From Variovorax sp. (lineage in GTDB: Bacteria > Pseudomonadota > Gammaproteobacteria > Burkholderiales > Burkholderiaceae_C), in the NCBI RefSeq assembly GCF_035634955.1, contig NZ_DASQBZ010000022.1, positions 100,730 through 164,729 on the forward strand: a stretch of 64,000 bases of DNA, written 5' to 3'. The notes beneath the pieces are model-generated. The model did not search any database. It worked only from the letters and a program-made list of their open reading frames with translations, and was not told where the DNA came from. The position numbers and the translations under genes were made by a program. Of the stretch, positions 62,354 to 64,000 are shown one piece after another (position 1 is the first letter of the stretch; each line of letters opens with the position of its first letter).

Positions 62354-64000
62354 TCAACGCCGGAAACCTCCGCCGCGCATGCCGCCGCCGAAACCGCCGC
62401 CGTGGAAGCCGCCGCCGAACCGGCCACCGCCGCCGGAAAAGCCGCCGCCCTGGTAGTGGCCGCCGCCGAAGCTGCGGTTGAGGTTGGCGGTCGATTGCTG
62501 GTGCTGGCCGCTGCGCAACTGGCCTTCGGACCGCGCCTGTCGCGCCTGGTCGAGCTGCTGTTGCACCTCGGGACGGGCAGCGGCCGTCCCGCCGTTCGCC
62601 GGCTCCCAGCCGCCGTCCGTGTGCTTCTGCCAGCCGTCGCCGGTATTGCGGTAGATGTTGCCGTCATGCCCGGCGTAGACGTCGTCCCCGATGCGCGCGG
62701 CGCCGCCTTGCTGGCCGTGGACGCCGGACACCGCGGTGCGCTCGCCGGTCGCCGGGTTGTAGACGAAGCCGCGACCGCCGCTGACCCGGTCGCCGCTGTA
62801 GATGTTGCCGGCGGTGCCGTGGGCGCCGCCCGCCACCACGCCGCCAGGGCCGCGCACCACGCCACGGGAGCCGGCGGCGAAGTTGCCGGTGTAGATGTTG
62901 TTCACCACGCCGCGCTGGCCGGCCGCCATGGCGCCGGTGCGCGAGTTGTAGGCGATGCCGGTGCGCCCGGCCCAGCGGTTGCCGCTCCAGGCATTGAAGC
63001 CGCCCGAGGCGCGCGACACGCCGGCAACGTCGCCCCAGCGGTGATAGATCGGCCCGGAGAAACCGGCCCAGCCGCCCGGGCCCCAGGCCAGCGCGCCGCC
63101 GGCCGGGCCGTAGGCCACGCCGCCCCACCAGCCGCCCCAGCCGTAGCCCCACGGGCCCCAGTACGGATAGGGCCCCCAGCCCCAGCCCCAGGCGGAGGTG
63201 GCCGCACCCCAGGCCCAGCCGAAGCAGAAGCCGAAGCCCCAGCCCATCCACGGGGTGTAGGCCACGGCGGCGCCGTAGCCGTACGTCAGCGGGGCCCCGA
63301 CCCAGACCGTGCCGACCCACGGGTCGTACACGTAGCCGGTGCCGTACACCACCACGCCGCTTGCCGGGTCCACGTACTCGCCCTGGTAGCCGCCGGAATA
63401 GCCCACGTACACATACTCGTCGTTGGCGCCGAACACGCGCACGTAGGTCACGTAGTGCAGTGGCGAACTGGGCGGAATGGCATAGATGGCCGGCGGCACC
63501 GCGGTGGCGACCACCCACGGTCCGTCGGCGCCCGGGGCGGTGAACCACACGCCGTTTTCCAGCGCGTAGTAGCTGTGCTCGTCGACCCGCAGTAGCGGCG
63601 TCGGCGTGTTGGGCGCGTAGCTCAGCGACGTGCCGCCGATGGCGCGCCACTGCGGGGCGCCGCCGTCGAAACGCAAGGGGGTCAGCCGTGCGTCGGCGCG
63701 TTTGACGGCCGCGGTCTGCGGCACCGAGGTGGCGATCGCCGCCTCGCGCGCCTGGCTCGTGCCGGCCACCGAGGCCTTGACGTTTTCCTTCTCGCTGTCG
63801 TCCGGGATGCCGGCGAATGCCGGTGGCAGCGAATTGGCCGCCACGAAGGTCCATGGGCCAGCCTCGGTCGGCGCGCGGAACCAGCGGCCGGACACCAGCA
63901 GGTAGACCTGCTGGTCGTCGTTGTCGCGCAGCACGTTGCCGGTGGTGTTCTTCACGTAGAGCAGCGGCGTGCCGGCCAGCGGCGTCCATTGCCATGGACC
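62354..64000 (-). CDS. Large hypothetical protein, 5'-partial, with Y/W-rich repeats and a G/W/R-rich low-complexity tail
   Basis: Frame open from the window edge. Repeated 'GRWF.AP..AGPW' and 'GVWFTAP..DGPW' units, 'VVVYGTGY', and a tail ending in 'GGGFRR'. Confidence 0.75.
   Translation of the reverse strand, partial: GPWQWTPLAGTPLLYVKNTTGNVLRDNDDQQVYLLVSGRWFRAPTEAGPWTFVAANSLPPAFAGIPDDSEKENVKASVAGTSQAREAAIATSVPQTAAVKRADARLTPLRFDGGAPQWRAIGGTSLSYAPNTPTPLLRVDEHSYYALENGVWFTAPGADGPWVVATAVPPAIYAIPPSSPLHYVTYVRVFGANDEYVYVGYSGGYQGEYVDPASGVVVYGTGYVYDPWVGTVWVGAPLTYGYGAAVAYTPWMGWGFGFCFGWAWGAATSAWGWGWGPYPYWGPWGYGWGGWWGGVAYGPAGGALAWGPGGWAGFSGPIYHRWGDVAGVSRASGGFNAWSGNRWAGRTGIAYNSRTGAMAAGQRGVVNNIYTGNFAAGSRGVVRGPGGVVAGGAHGTAGNIYSGDRVSGGRGFVYNPATGERTAVSGVHGQQGGAARIGDDVYAGHDGNIYRNTGDGWQKHTDGGWEPANGGTAAARPEVQQQLDQARQARSEGQLRSGQHQQSTANLNRSFGGGHYQGGGFSGGGGRFGGGFHGGGFGGGMRGGGFRR

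Overview
High-GC bacterial DNA whose gene content suggests a Burkholderiales-type betaproteobacterium (inference). Left part (1-14.0 kb): a two-partner secretion pair (3' part of tpsB plus a large haemagglutinin-like tpsA), a GT-A-like gene, two paralogous hybrid histidine kinases each next to an orphan solute-binding protein, and a GrlR-like gene. From 14.3 to 60.6 kb lies a complete type VI secretion system (tssA-M, hcp, vgrG, DUF4150 PAAR-like effector, tagF/tagH/tagJ, PpkA-like kinase, PppA-like phosphatase). It is split into convergent arms by a 4.4 kb transporter/LysR islet. A NarL/LuxR response regulator and two uncharacterised genes end the window. Best candidate for an undescribed system: inside the T6SS operon sits a block of Ser/Thr kinase-DUF4384, MltA, a divergent ECF-like sigma factor, a membrane anti-sigma-like protein, an exported caspase-like (C14) protease-DUF4384 and a divergent Hcp. 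MltA, the anti-sigma-like protein and the protease share a hydrophobic-R-x-R-G motif in predicted periplasmic linkers. A third DUF4384 is fused to a second TssL, encoded beside a truncated TssM with a degenerate P-loop. This suggests a periplasmic Arg-specific proteolytic signalling cascade wired to the T6SS membrane complex. An 18-bp dyad shared by the kinase-operon promoter and the distant response-regulator promoter links the two ends of the window. All domain calls come from motif recognition by eye; no database search was run. No rRNA, tRNA, CRISPR array or transposase was recognised.
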